DNA of 64,000 nucleotides from assembly GCF_032191835.1 (NCBI RefSeq), contig NC_083233.1, positions 10,850,001 through 10,914,000 on the forward strand. Direction: 5' to 3'. The DNA is from Heteronotia binoei. Its lineage: Eukaryota. Under the pieces are notes generated by a model. It was not told the DNA's origin. It did not search any database and saw only the letters and a program-made list of their open reading frames with translations. Positions 24,640 through 36,142 of this stretch are shown here, one piece after another. The translations under genes and the position numbers were made by a program. Position 1 is the first letter of the stretch, and every line of letters starts with the position of its first letter.

Positions 24640-25335
24640 CATCACAGAGGTCCATCAGCAGCTATAAGCCACCAGCTATAAATGGAACACTTTGAGGTGG
24701 TGATGCTGTATTCTTGGTGCTTGGGGGGCAACAGTGGAAGAAGAAGAAGAAGATGATATTGGATTTATATCCCGCCCTCCACTCCGAAGAGTCTCAGAGC
24801 GGCTCACAATCTCCTTTACCTTCCCCCCCCCCACAACAAACACCCTGTGAGGTGGGTGGGGCTGGAGAGGGCTCTCACAGCAGCTGCCCTTTCAAGGATA
24901 ACCTCTGCCAGAGCTATGGCTGACCCAAGGCCATGCTAGCAGGTGCAAGTGGAGGAGTGGGGAATCAAACCCGGTTCTCCCAGATAAGAGCCTGCACACT
25001 TAACCACTACACCAAACTGGCTCTCCTAAGGCTTCTAGAGTTCTGGCCCTACTGGTAGAACTCCTGATGGCACCTGGGTTTTGGGCCACTGCTTGACACC
25101 AAGGGTTGGACTGGATGGGCCACTGGCCTGATCCAGCACAGCTTCTCTTATGTTCTTATGTTTGGGGCAGTGATGCCCTGTGTTCTTGGTGCCTGGGGGG
25201 CAACAAAGGGAGGGCTTCTGGAGTTCTGGCCCTATTGGTGGACCTTCTGATAGCACTTGGGTTTTGGCCACTATGTGACACAGAGTGATGGACTGGATGG
25301 GCCATTGGCCTGATCCAACATGGCGTCTCTTATGT
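24640..25335 (+). mobile_element. Two tandem CR1 3' UTRs, the first interrupted by a minus-strand CORE-SINE (24737-25025)
   Basis: Repeated ggactggatgggcca.tggcctgatcca..a..gc.tctcttatgtt ends. Confidence 0.7.
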
Positions 25336-25504
25336 TAATTTCTGCTGTAGCCAGATGGCATAAGGAGGATAAGACAAGCCAGCAACAGAGCTCTAAAAAA
25401 CTTGGAGCCCAAGCTCCTGCTGAAAGGGGTGTAGATGCCAAACAGTCCTTTACAACCAGCAGGACTGCTTCATAGGCCAGTCTTGACTCAAAAGACAACG
25501 ACTG

Positions 25505-25988
25505 CAGATTTATACCCCACCCTTCTCCCTGAATCAGAGACTCAGAGCGGCTTACAATCTCCTTTATCTTCCTCCCCCACAACAGACACCCTGCGAGGTG
25601 GGTGGGGCTGAGAGGGCTCTCACAGCAGCTGCCCTTTCAAGGACAGAGTCTCAGAGCGGCTCACAATCTCCTTTATCTTCCTCCCCCACAACAGACACCC
25701 TGTGAGGTGGGTGGGGCTGAGAGGGCTCTCACAGCAGCTGCTCTTTCAAAGACAGAGTGTCAGAGTGGCCTACAATCTCCTTTATCTTGCTCCCCCACAA
25801 CAGACACCCTGTGAGGTGGGTGGGGCTGAGAGGGCTCTCACAGCAGCTGCCCTTTCAAGGACAACTCTTGTGAGAGCTATGGCTGACCCAAGGCCATTCC
25901 AGCAGGTGCAAGTGGAGGAGTGGGGAATCAACCCTGGTTCTCCCAGATAAGAATCCGCACACTTAACCACTTCCCCAAACTGGCTCTC
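25505..25988 (-). mobile_element. CORE-SINE with triplicated internal segment
   Basis: Three copies of ccccacaacagacaccctg.gaggtgggtggggctgagagggctctcacagcagctg. Confidence 0.8.
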
Positions 25989-26558
25989 CTTCTGCGTGTG
26001 TAGTGTGAGTAAGCCCATGCCCTGTCAGGACCAAACCGGAAGCCCTACCCTGCTACTCATTCTGTGGAAAGTACCCAGGCTCTGAGGATTCAGAAGACTT
26101 TCCCAAAGGCGGCTAAGAAAAAGCTGGGTGAGATTCTGGCTGTCCCTCTGTGGCCAGGTTTATCTGTGTTTATCTCCTCTGTCTCTCATGGACCCTGACC
26201 TTTCCACCTCCTAACTCCATGGAACCACAAACAGCTATGCTGAGAGAAGGTAACCTCCAAGATAAACGAGAGGAGCAGAAGATATCCCTGTAGCTCAGTT
26301 AAATAGACTTTTATAGGTCAAACCCTCTTCCTGCATCACCATGATGCTTGTCTCTACCTCCCCCCACCCCCAAAAACCCACATTTTGTTTCTGGGAAGTG
26401 CTACAAAGACCTTGGGCCACCAGGGGAGGGGAAGAGTCTGGCTCTTGGCGGGGGTGAGAATCTGCTTGTGAGGATGGATGCTAGCTTGATCTTTTAGAAG
26501 AGAAGCAAATGTTCTGGGGAGAGTTTTAAGGAGAAATGAAATAAGATCAGTATTCCAC

Positions 26559-26727
26559 CTGGTCTTCCCATGGTCGAAGGGGACACCAAGATGGGCTGCA
26601 CTCCATTCTGGGGGGGAGAGGCGGCCCCACTGACTTGAGAGGTAGCGGGCAGGCTGGAAGGAAAGGCAGCGCTTGGAGCCTGGTTGTCACAAGAAGAGTT
26701 TGAGATGACGGCAGAATTCAGCATGAC
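26559..26727 (-). CDS. ALG13: ALG13 exon E16: VMLNSAVISNSSCDNQAPSAAFPSSLPATSQVSGAASPPQNGVQPILVSPSTMGRP
   Basis: ctgcag-type acceptor (ttgcag|GTC)...CCA G|gtggaa; 169 nt, phase 0 to 1; QPILVSP..GRP motif. Confidence 0.88.
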
Positions 26728-27524
26728 CTGCAAGTCAAAAAGAGGCGGGGGAAAGGAGAGAAGATAACTGAGCACACATTGTGAGGATCTGGTGGGGGGT
26801 GGCAAAGTCACACACCCAGAGTGAAAATCCCTTCTGCTCAAGGAAATTCTCCAAGCCTTTGCTCAACAGTATTATGGGACTCTATGTTATTGCAAAAATT
26901 GTGCTTCAGTCCACTCTTTCCACTACCTTATAATCCTCCATCATCACGCCCTCAAGCTGTCTTTTGCTCTAAATGACAGAACTGAAACGAAGAGGGACAG
27001 ATCAAAGCAAAGGGCTTCTTTATTTGGGAATTAATGCACTAAGGTCCTTTCAAAAATCTCAGCTAATCAATGGCAAGTGAAGGCATTCCCGTAACACAGC
27101 TCTCCATCAAAAGACCACTGTTCCCACAGGTTTGCACATTCTTAGGTGTTCCACTGAGAAAGGCGTGTGTTGTCCATGGCCTCAATTTCCTCATTACATG
27201 ATATGTGTGACACAAGTTGGGTTGCGGGTCTCCTGACACCCCTCGCCTTCTTGTGTAGTGGGCAGCCTAGCATGTGTACACACCACAGAATATCAACACA
27301 TTGTGGAGTACATCTCAAGGTTCTGGGCTCCTACCCTGTGGAACAGCCAGATGGAACCTGTAGGTTCTCTTTGTTTCCCAGGCATATAGTGCTCCATTTG
27401 AAACAGGATTGTGAAGAACATACCAGTTTTCCCGACTTGGAATGGCCCCAGGAGGTGCTATCTGGCCTGCTGGGCAAGCCTGTATGTATCCCATGAATGT
27501 ACAGGTTTCCCCAACAGGCAAAAT

Positions 27525-27812
27525 AGAAGAAGAAGATGATGAAGATATTGGATTTATATCCCGCCCTCCACTCCGAAGAGTCTCAGAGCGGCTCACAATC
27601 TCCTTTACCTTCCTCCTCCCACAACAGACACCCTGTGAGGGGGGTGGGGCTGGAGAGGGCTCTCACAGCAGCTGCCCTTTCAAGGACAACCTCTGCCAGA
27701 GCTATGGCTGACCCAAGGCCATGCTAGCAGGTGCAAGTGGAGGAGTGGGGAATCAAACCCGGATCTCCCTGATAAGAGTCCACACACTTAACCACTACAC
27801 CAAACTGGCTCT
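27525..27812 (-). mobile_element. CORE-SINE
   Basis: Full-length copy. Confidence 0.85.
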
Positions 27813-28099
27813 CATCCAGTTTGAGTTCCTCCCCCAATACAATTCCAGGTCAGAAAAACAGATCAACCCTTTCTCTGCATGAATCGGGGCACCAAAACAA
27901 AGCCGGTACTGTGCAAGGGAAATACAAAGAATCCTCAACTTGCATCTGACTTTTCCATAGGTTGGGAACCCCTGACCTGATTTACGTACTCAGGAATGTA
28001 CAAACCATGTATTATGTATAGGTGACATTTCACAATTCATTCTAACAGAGAAGTGCCTCTAGCCAGCCACACTTCCCAGGAAACTAGAAGCACATTTAC

Positions 28100-28162
28100 C
28101 TTCTGGGAGTAACTGTACGAAGCAACTCCTTCTTGAGAAGAGACAGAACCTGTTCCCCCATC
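28100..28162 (-). CDS. ALG13: ALG13 exon E15: DGGTGSVSSQEGVASYSYSQK (ancestral start probably 28171, adding SLQ)
   Basis: ctccag|GAT...AAG|gtaaat; 63 nt, phase 0 to 0; the in-frame TCT CTC CAG (SLQ) upstream is preceded by taa, not tag. Confidence 0.85.
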
Positions 28163-28794
28163 CTGGAGAGATTAGATACAGCATAGTTAGAAAGCAAAAC
28201 CTCTACTGACTGTGGGTATCAGTCCTAAGAGGATATTAGAAAAAGGTGTTTGCAAGACTCTCCAAAAAGATGAAGATTCAAGATCAGAAGTTTAAGAGGC
28301 ACAACTTCCAACCTGGTACCCATAAATATTTATTCAAGGGAAGAAAGATGCTTAACAGGTCCTGAATGTAAAAGCTCTGCTTTGGGAACACTGGCAATAC
28401 AGCATGTTTTTGTGAGTTGGGCTGATTGCTATAAATGGGTCTCATACAGCTTTGCCTAAATTGTAGACAAAAACGACCTGATGTCTTTTTGATTGGTTAT
28501 TCACCTGCACTGAAGCAGATCAGAGAGGAGTGCTCAGCACAAGAGCTACGAAAAAGAAGCCAGGGTGGTATTTTACAGAGAGCAAGACAACTTCTGTAGA
28601 TATTAGGAAGCAACCATGCAGGATAAGCATGTGTGCACAGCCTAGCTGAGGCAGTATGTTTTGCTGGTTAGAGCTTCTGGGAGACAAGAATTCAAACCCT
28701 CCATCTGCCATGAACCTCACACGGTCTCAGCCACTGCAGCTGTGGAGATAACATAGGGAAGGGAGACTCGCATACATCAACCTGAACTCCTTGG

Positions 28795-29085
28795 AGGAAA
28801 GAGAAGGAGGAGGAGAAGGAGAAGAAGGAGGAGGAGGAGAAGATGATGATGATATTAGACTAATATCCCACCTTAGAGCGGTCACAATCTCCTTTACCTT
28901 CCTCCCCCACAACAAACACCCTGTGAGGTGGGTGGGGCTGAAAGAGCTTTCACAGCTGCCGCCCTTTCGAGGACAACTCCTGCAAGAGCTATGGCTGACC
29001 CAAGGCCACTCCAGCAGCTGCAAGTGGAGGAGTGGGGAATCAAACCCGGTTCTCCCAGATAAGAGTCCACACAGTTAACCACTAA
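28795..29085 (-). mobile_element. CORE-SINE with expanded purine-rich (GGA/GAA) tail
   Basis: Tail 28795-28855, then body and head; a partial older copy follows at about 29215-29385. Confidence 0.75.
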
Positions 29086-29519
29086 ACTGTTCAAAGCAAA
29101 CAGAGGTTGTTCCTTGGATACCTGCCTTGTAGGAGTCCCTGTTAACCTCTTCTGCATGCTACATGACTATTCCTAAACTAAGCCTTATGAAGATTTCACT
29201 TCTCTCATCCAAAGCCCTGCGAGGTAGGTGGGGCTGGCTGAGAGAGCTCTGAATGAACTGCTCTTGAGAGAACAGCTCTAAAAGAACTGTGGCTGACCCA
29301 AGGTCACCCAGCTGGCTTCATGTGGAATCAAACTGGGTTCTCCAGATTAGAGTCCACCACTCTTAACCGATACACCAAACTGGTGTTTGATTAATCTGGC
29401 TCCCAATATGCTTCTGGGCATAATTCAAGGTTCCAATGTAGACCTACAAAGCCCTATATGGTTTGGAACCAGCACACCTGAAGAACTGCCTGCTCCCTTG
29501 AACCCACCCAAGTGAATGA

Positions 29520-30170
29520 ACTTTTTATTGCGGTCATAGACCAATATAAAAATTATAATACATCCTGTAAAACCCCTCCTAAAATACATAAAATACAATA
29601 AAATACTTAAAACTTTTCCGCACCTATACAGGTCGGGGATAACTAAAATATAATTTAACCAATTTTAAAATCCAGAATCAGTTCAAATTAATATAAAATC
29701 CTTTAAATCCGAATATATAAAATCGTTTATAACCTAAAATTCAAACAGATCATACAAAACCTACCCTTTCTTGTTTCTTTGTATGGAACTTCACCAGGTA
29801 ATGGCAGAATTTAGCTATCTGCCTATAGATGGACTTGCATCCACCAAAAGTTTCTCCAAACACGCCCCGTCGGCATCCGCTATTGGTTTGACTACAAACG
29901 GGGAAACAAGCCTGTCCCTATATGCTTGGTGGAATGGGCATCGAAAAAGCATATGAATCATCGACTCCACCTCTCCCATAGCACAAGAACAGCGTCGATC
30001 TTCATACGGAACTTTTCTATATTTCCCTTCTAACACTTTTGAGGGCATGGCTGCGCATCGAGCCAATGTAAAGGCTCTTCTGTGAGCTGGTACCTCCAAA
30101 TAAGAAAAGTACTTGGCCACCCAACTGCTACAGTCATCTACGGAGGCCCAGTTTTGTGTGGCCATGCCTT
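29520..30170 (-). mobile_element. Non-LTR retrotransposon 3' fragment with C-terminal zinc knuckle (RTE-X-like; clade uncertain)
   Basis: ORF 29815-30165: RRAFTLARCAAMPS...PYEDRRCSC...ESMIHMLFRCP, then an AT-rich 3' UTR. Confidence 0.65.
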
Positions 30171-30465
30171 CTGAAGTCAGTTGGGTGGCAAGCCTCGAGA
30201 GGGCCTTCTCCAGCCTCTGTAATGCTCTCCCCAGAGAGATCAGTCTGCCCCCTTCTGTTGCTGTCTGCCTCTTTGTTCCCTCTGACCTCCCCGTTCTTCC
30301 TGACCAGTGAGGTATCAGTTGCTGTTTTTATGACTTTGTATGCATTTTGGTCCCGTTTTTAATTGCTTTAATGAGATGTGTGTTTTGTTGGGGGTTGGTT
30401 TTAAATTGTGATCTTATTATATACACTTCAATCTGTTAGCCTCATTGGTGGCGTTTGTGAGGATA

Positions 30466-30856
30466 GAAGAAGAAGATGATGATATTGGATTTATATCCCG
30501 CCCTCCACTCCGAAGGGTCTCAGAGCGGCTCACAATCTCCTTTCCCTTCCTCCCCCCACAACAGACACCCTGTGAGGTGAGTGGGGCTGGAGAGGGCTCT
30601 CACAGCAGCTGCCCTTTCAAGGACAGAGTGTCAGAGCGGCTCACAATCTCCTTTCCCTTCCTCCCCCACAACAGACACCCTCTGAGGTGGGCGGGGCTGG
30701 AGAGGGCTCTCCCAGCAGCTGCCCTTTCAAGGACAACCTCTGCCAGAGCTATGGCTGACCCAAGGCCATGCTAGCAGGTGCAAGTGGAGGAGTGGGGAAT
30801 CAAACCCGATTCTCCCAGATAAGAGTCCGCACACTTAACCACTACACCAAACTGGC
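30466..30856 (-). mobile_element. CORE-SINE with internal duplication, sense to ALG13
   Basis: Tail-to-head on the plus strand; 102 nt from the E14 donor. Confidence 0.85.
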
Positions 30857-30958
30857 AGGAGGGATATAAATTTTGTAAGTTAATAAAAAATTCCTACCTC
30901 ATTGATTTATTTCTAGAGTTCCCTAACAATTCTACGGAACATCTCGACAAGCACTTAC

Positions 30959-31014
30959 CAAGTTTGTTACAGCTTCAGCTGTAGTAAATACAGTTGGGGT
31001 ATCACAGTCCGGAT
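30959..31014 (-). CDS. ALG13: ALG13 exon E14: (D)PDCDTPTVFTTAEAVTNL
   Basis: ttccag|AT...TTG|gtaagt; 56 nt, phase 1 to 0. Confidence 0.9.
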
Positions 31015-31141
31015 CTGGAAGACACAAATCAAAACGAGCTTGCACACACCAATATTAGTGTTTTTTCAAAAAATTCACACAATCCAACTGATGCAGAAAT
31101 CAAGTCTACAACAGTTAGGTCTACAACATTGTTTTACTGAC

Positions 31142-31177
31142 CTGGGGGGCTATACAAGTACTCCTCGTGATATTCCC
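31142..31177 (-). CDS. ALG13: ALG13 exon E13 (36 nt): (G)EYHEEYLYSPP(D)
   Basis: tcctag|GG...CCA G|gtcagt; phase 1 to 1; matches recalled human GRYHEEYLY. Confidence 0.9.
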
Positions 31178-32936
31178 CTAGGAAAGTAAAGGAAATGTCA
31201 TGTTAGGCTTAAAGAAATTAGAACTTCCTTTTCATTTGATGTGAGAGATCTTGAGGAAGTGATTTGATTCTCAAAGGAAAAAAAAAACCCCAAATCTCAT
31301 TTTCCCCATGGAATGGCATTATCCAAACTCTAGAGATTTTAGATTATGTTAAGGGGATTTGTGAAGAAGCGCCGTCTGCAAATTAGTACTTGATTAATCT
31401 GTAAATACAAGCTACAGGAAGAAATACAAGTGTCAACAGCTTCAGAGTACGCTAATCTACTGAAAGACAGAATTCTGCTTTGCGATGCAGTTTTTATGCC
31501 ACCGATATACTTGACAGTGAAGCGGTTCTACTGCCATTCATCGAGTTTAATGGGCTGATGAGTGTGAATCTATAAGCTGTGTGTATATTTGCAGAATCAG
31601 AAAATTACATATGAGCACAAGATGAAGAAAAGGATTAGTCTATATTCAGTGCATTTGAACATGGGCCAATCCCCCTTTCTATCCTACCATCGACACTGTT
31701 TAATTGGCAAAAGGGTAGAGTGATACCTTTTGCCTTTACAGAGCCAGAACTTATCTTTAACACCTATCTAAACTATGAATCTTACACCATTCATTTCAAC
31801 TGCACCACCTCAGGTTCATTCAGTTGCTCATCTTCTAACACTGCATATACCAATAAACGCCAACAGTGTCCTTCAGGAAAAACAGGCACAAATCTGACAT
31901 CCAGAATCACAAAAAAAATGAAAAACCTGCAGGAGGCCATTTCAACCTCCCAGGACATTCAATGGGGGAACTCTCAAAGTAGCTGCTTTACTGCAAAGGA
32001 ATTTCTAGAAACAGTCTGGAATGGGAGATTGCCAAATTACAAGTTGTTACAACACTCAGGACAATGGAACTTCCAGGGCTCGACAGAGATATCAGGTTCT
32101 TATCTCATTACGCATGCTAAGTCACTCAGTTCTCACATCTGTTTGTTCTCTTTTATTATCTGTAGGCTATTTTGTTGCTATTCACAAGTTTTACCAACTG
32201 CTTTAAGCCAATCTTAGCTATTCTTATTGCTCAGTTATTTATGCATCTTGACTCCAATTAGCCTTTCTTGGCAACTAACCCTCCCTCCGCACACATCTAT
32301 ATGTAATGGGGAGAGGAAGTCTCGTTTCAAGGCATGTGAAGAACTGTGCATGCCCACAAGAGCTTATACACAGAATTAAACTTTGTTGGTCTTAAAGGTG
32401 CCACTGGATTCAAACGTTGTACCATTTATTTCTGTTATGTCTGTCTCTTCACTTCCAGAACCCTTAAAAACTTTACGAAAGGAACTAAAATGGTGACACT
32501 GGGCCAATGCACCTTAAGGTATGGTGAAGTCCAGCTAATGAGTCATGCCCAACCACCAGCCCCAGATTAAACCCTGTGGAGGCCTCTCGGCAGTCAAAAT
32601 CTTGGAGGCCCCTTTGCAAATTATCTCAAAGTCTGAGCACCCATCCTGCCACCTGCGGCCCCCATTGCAGCCTGCAGGCCCCTTCTCAAAAGCCCCTTTG
32701 ACAAAGCTGCGGGGGAGAGGCAGAGAGAGGCAAACTTGGCAATGACTCCAGCAGCAGCCACACCAGGCAAACTGGGCAAAGAGTTGGCCTAATTGTTAAT
32801 CCAGCTCTGCCAGCCACCTGAACATCAATGAGGCACTGCAAACAGCCTGGGGACCCGCGTTTCAGACATGAGAAAAGGCTTTTGCTTTGTTTAGCAGGCA
32901 AAGGATCCTGCAACTGCAGCCACTTGGAACCCTTAC

Positions 32937-33072
32937 CATTGTCGCTGGGCTCATCCACTTCTTCCTCAGAGGAATTCAGAGCCGGCTTGTTAGACGGGAT
33001 GGGAGTTGGACCCCTTCTGGCTACCCAGAATCCAGCAGGATCAGAAACTATTGGAGGCGGGTTGCCCTGATT
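32937..33072 (-). CDS. ALG13: ALG13 exon E12: NQGNPPPIVSDPAGFWVARRGPTPIPSNKPALNSSEEEVDEPSDN(G)
   Basis: ccgcag|AAT...AAT G|gtaagg; 136 nt, phase 0 to 1. Confidence 0.9.
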
Positions 33073-33300
33073 CTGCGGAAGAAGTTGAGAGCTTTGTTAG
33101 CACTTGCAATTGGCAGGGCTCTCCTCGTGTGCTAAAACAAAAGGGGGAACTAGTAAACAAAGCGGGAAAAACAGCAGGAATGAAAGTAAAGAGTTTAACG
33201 GGACAGTTTCAGAGGGTGGCCACCTTGGTTTCCAGTAGAGCAGGGAGAGTCAATTCCAGCAGCACCTCAGAGATTTTCAGGATATGATCAAACTGCTCAT

Positions 33301-33797
33301 AGAGCCAGTTTGGTGTAGCGGTTAAGTGTGCGGACTCTTATCTGGGAGAACCGGGTTTGATTCCCCACTCCTCCACTTGCATCTTCTGGAATGGCCTTGG
33401 GTCAGCCATAGCCCTGGCAGAGGTTGTCCTTCAAAGGACAGCTGCTGTGGGAGCCCTCTCCAGCCCCACCCACCTCACAGGGTGTCTGTTGTGAGGGAGG
33501 AAGGGAAAGGAGATTGTGAGCCACTCTGAGACTCTTCGGAGTGGAGGGCGGGATATAAATCCAGTATCTTCATCTACCTCACAGGGTGCCTGTTGTGGGG
33601 GAGGAAGGGAAAGGAGATTGTGAGCCGCTCTGAGACTCTTCGGAGTGGAGGGCGGGATATAAATCCAATATCTTCATCTACCTCACAGGGTGCCTGTTGT
33701 GGGGGAGGAAGGGAAAGGAGATTGTGAGCCGCTCTGAGACTTTTCGGAGTGGAGGGCGGGATATAAATCCAATATCATCATCATCTTCTTCTTCTTC
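33301..33797 (+). mobile_element. CORE-SINE with three tail units, antisense to ALG13
   Basis: agagccagtttggtgtagcgg head; tail units joined by the atcttcatctacctcac junction. Confidence 0.85.
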
Positions 33798-33882
33798 AGA
33801 TACAGCTAGAATGTGAGCCCACCTGTCCTCATATCTCTTGGAGGGTACAGCAAGATATAAGGGAAGGTAGACTCACACAGCA

Positions 33883-33995
33883 GTATCTGAAGAAGTGAGC
33901 CGTGACTCACAAAAGCTCCTCCCCTGCCACAGATTCTGTTAAGTCTTTAAGGTGCTGCTGGACTCTGGCTCCTTTCTACCACTGCAGAGAGATTC
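33883..33995 (+). mobile_element. Penelope-type terminal repeat with mutated hammerhead core
   Basis: gtat-CTGAAGA-A-GTGAG-ccgtga-CTCAC-AAAAGCTC (GAAA changed to AAAA). Confidence 0.55.
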
Positions 33996-34154
33996 ACAGG
34001 GTGACCCATCTTGAAAGGAGCAGCTGCAAAAGGGGCGAACTGATAAAAGAACAAGCTTCAGAATGGCAAAAACAGAATACCACTAGGCGACGCAGTGCCG
34101 GTCACCCAAAGCTGCAAGCAGCATTCCGCAACCGAAGGTCTAAAGCCTCCCTGT

Positions 34155-34338
34155 NNNNNNNNNNNNNNNNNNNNNNNNNNNNNNNNNNNNNNNNNNNNNN
34201 NNNNNNNNNNNNNNNNNNNNNNNNNNNNNNNNNNNNNNNNNNNNNNNNNNNNNNNNNNNNNNNNNNNNNNNNNNNNNNNNNNNNNNNNNNNNNNNNNNNN
34301 NNNNNNNNNNNNNNNNNNNNNNNNNNNNNNNNNNNNNN
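34155..34338. other. Assembly gap, 184 N
   Basis: Run of n in the sequence. Confidence 0.99.
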
Positions 34339-34867
34339 ATTTATACTCCACTCTTTCCCAAACAGGCCCAGGGCAGATAACAGTATTTTAAAAACAGTAT
34401 AAAACAACAGTTAAAACCAATAAAAGTGAACAATACAGTTTGGCGACTCAGTTGGCCCCAGCATAATATACATCGTAATACACATGTGTAGGGATTGGCA
34501 CTGAATCAACAGAGATCCATTTTCTCTCCCGCCCCACATTTGCAGGGAATAGAAGACACACACCACAACTGACTCCGCTATGATGTATGCTCACAGAGGA
34601 AACATGGCACAAGTTCAAAGCTTTTTGAAGCTTTGGGCACCTTTGGAACGCTGACACAAGTAGTGGGGGGGGGGGGGGGCACAACCACAAAATAGCCATC
34701 CTGGGAGGTGCAGCCACACACAAAGGAAGCCCAAGTGCACAGGACAAGGGAAGTAACTTTAAAAAGTACACTTGAAAGGGGAGCGAAAGAGAATAAAACC
34801 AACACAGCGGTGTAAGCTACCACCAAAACAAGGTTTATTTTAATTTGCACAGCCAATTTACAGGCAT

Positions 34868-35045
34868 CTTATGCAGAAGGTCCCAGGTTCAATCCCTGGC
34901 ACCTCCAGGAAGGATCAGGCGGTAGGTGATGTGAAACGCTTCTTTGTGCCGGAGACCCTGGAGAGCCACCGCCAGTATAACCAGACAAGGCAGACTTTGA
35001 TGGACCAGTGCTCTGATTCAGTAGAGCTTAGCTTCATGTGCTATA
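34868..35045 (+). mobile_element. 5'-truncated tRNA-headed SINE with CR1-like tail
   Basis: gcagaaggtcccaggttcaatccctggc; same family as 49957-50538. Confidence 0.65.
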
Positions 35046-35985
35046 TGCTTAAACAAGGATTTCATCATCAATTCTGAACTGATCTGTCTACTGCTGTATA
35101 TTATATGGAACAGATTTTAAGAGACAAACACATGTTCTTAAAAGCGCCCCTTTCTTGGCCCTTCCAGAGTTTGCAGGCTCTGTCCTCACACAGTGTTATC
35201 TGTAGAGGTCTCATTTCAGGGGTGACCAAATTTGCAACTTGGGAGCCACATGAGGCTCGTTCACACATATTGTGTGGCTCCTGGAGGTCAAGGAGGAACT
35301 TAATGCAGGCTTACTCTCAAGAAAGCATGCTTAGCATCAGGACCTCTATTAGCATCTGAGCACCGTCCCATAGGCAGGCAACTATTTCTACCATTTGTGA
35401 AGCAGGAAATGAGGGAAAAATAGGCAGGCTTGCAAGCTTTTCTTCTCCACCACAGAGGTCACCTGGAGACCTAGAATGGGGAAAGAGCACAAGAGCCAAG
35501 GGAGCCACTAGAAGGAGGGATGGAATTTAAAAGGTCAGTGCAGGGTTCCCCCTTCCTTCATAACTCCTGTAGGAGCTATATTTACTAACCTTGATTTTAA
35601 GGCAAAGAAAGATGCATAATGATGGAAACGGTGGTCAGTGATTTACATGGTATATGTGTGTTTTCTTCTCCCATTGGTGCCAAAAAATAATTCCCTAACC
35701 TTTCTCTATGCTGGTCTTATGGGGACTGTTAGTCCCAGCTTTTTTTTTTTTTTTTAAGTCTCCTTCTAGCATGGCCGTGTTGTAAAGTGCATACACAGGT
35801 ATTTTATCTTTCTGTGCAAAGAAAGTATTGAGAGTTTTAATAAAGATGTTGTAATATTTGTTTACTTCCTGCGGAGCTCAAACACCTGAAGTTTATTCTA
35901 TGCAGTTCTTACATTAAGCAAGTTTGGCTACCCCCATCTTATTTTATCACTTTTCTTTTTAATCCTCTTCAGCTCAGTGACTTAC

Positions 35986-36142
35986 AGGTGGAACGGGAAA
36001 AGTCGTGTCATCTCCTTCTTCAATTTCATAGAAGGTGATGGTTTCTTCCAAGCCTTGAGGTTCCTCACCATTCTCAGCCGCAAACCCGTACTGGCATTCT
36101 TTGTTTACACACTGCATCTGCCGGCGACTGCGGCTGTATGAC
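35986..36142 (-). CDS. ALG13: ALG13 exon E11: (R)[52 protein letters not shown]
   Basis: tggaag|G...CCT|gtaagt; 157 nt, phase 2 to 0; [10 protein letters not shown] motif. Confidence 0.94.

Noticed and set aside
33902-34407. ORFs containing X runs
   Set aside because: Artefacts of translating through the N gap.
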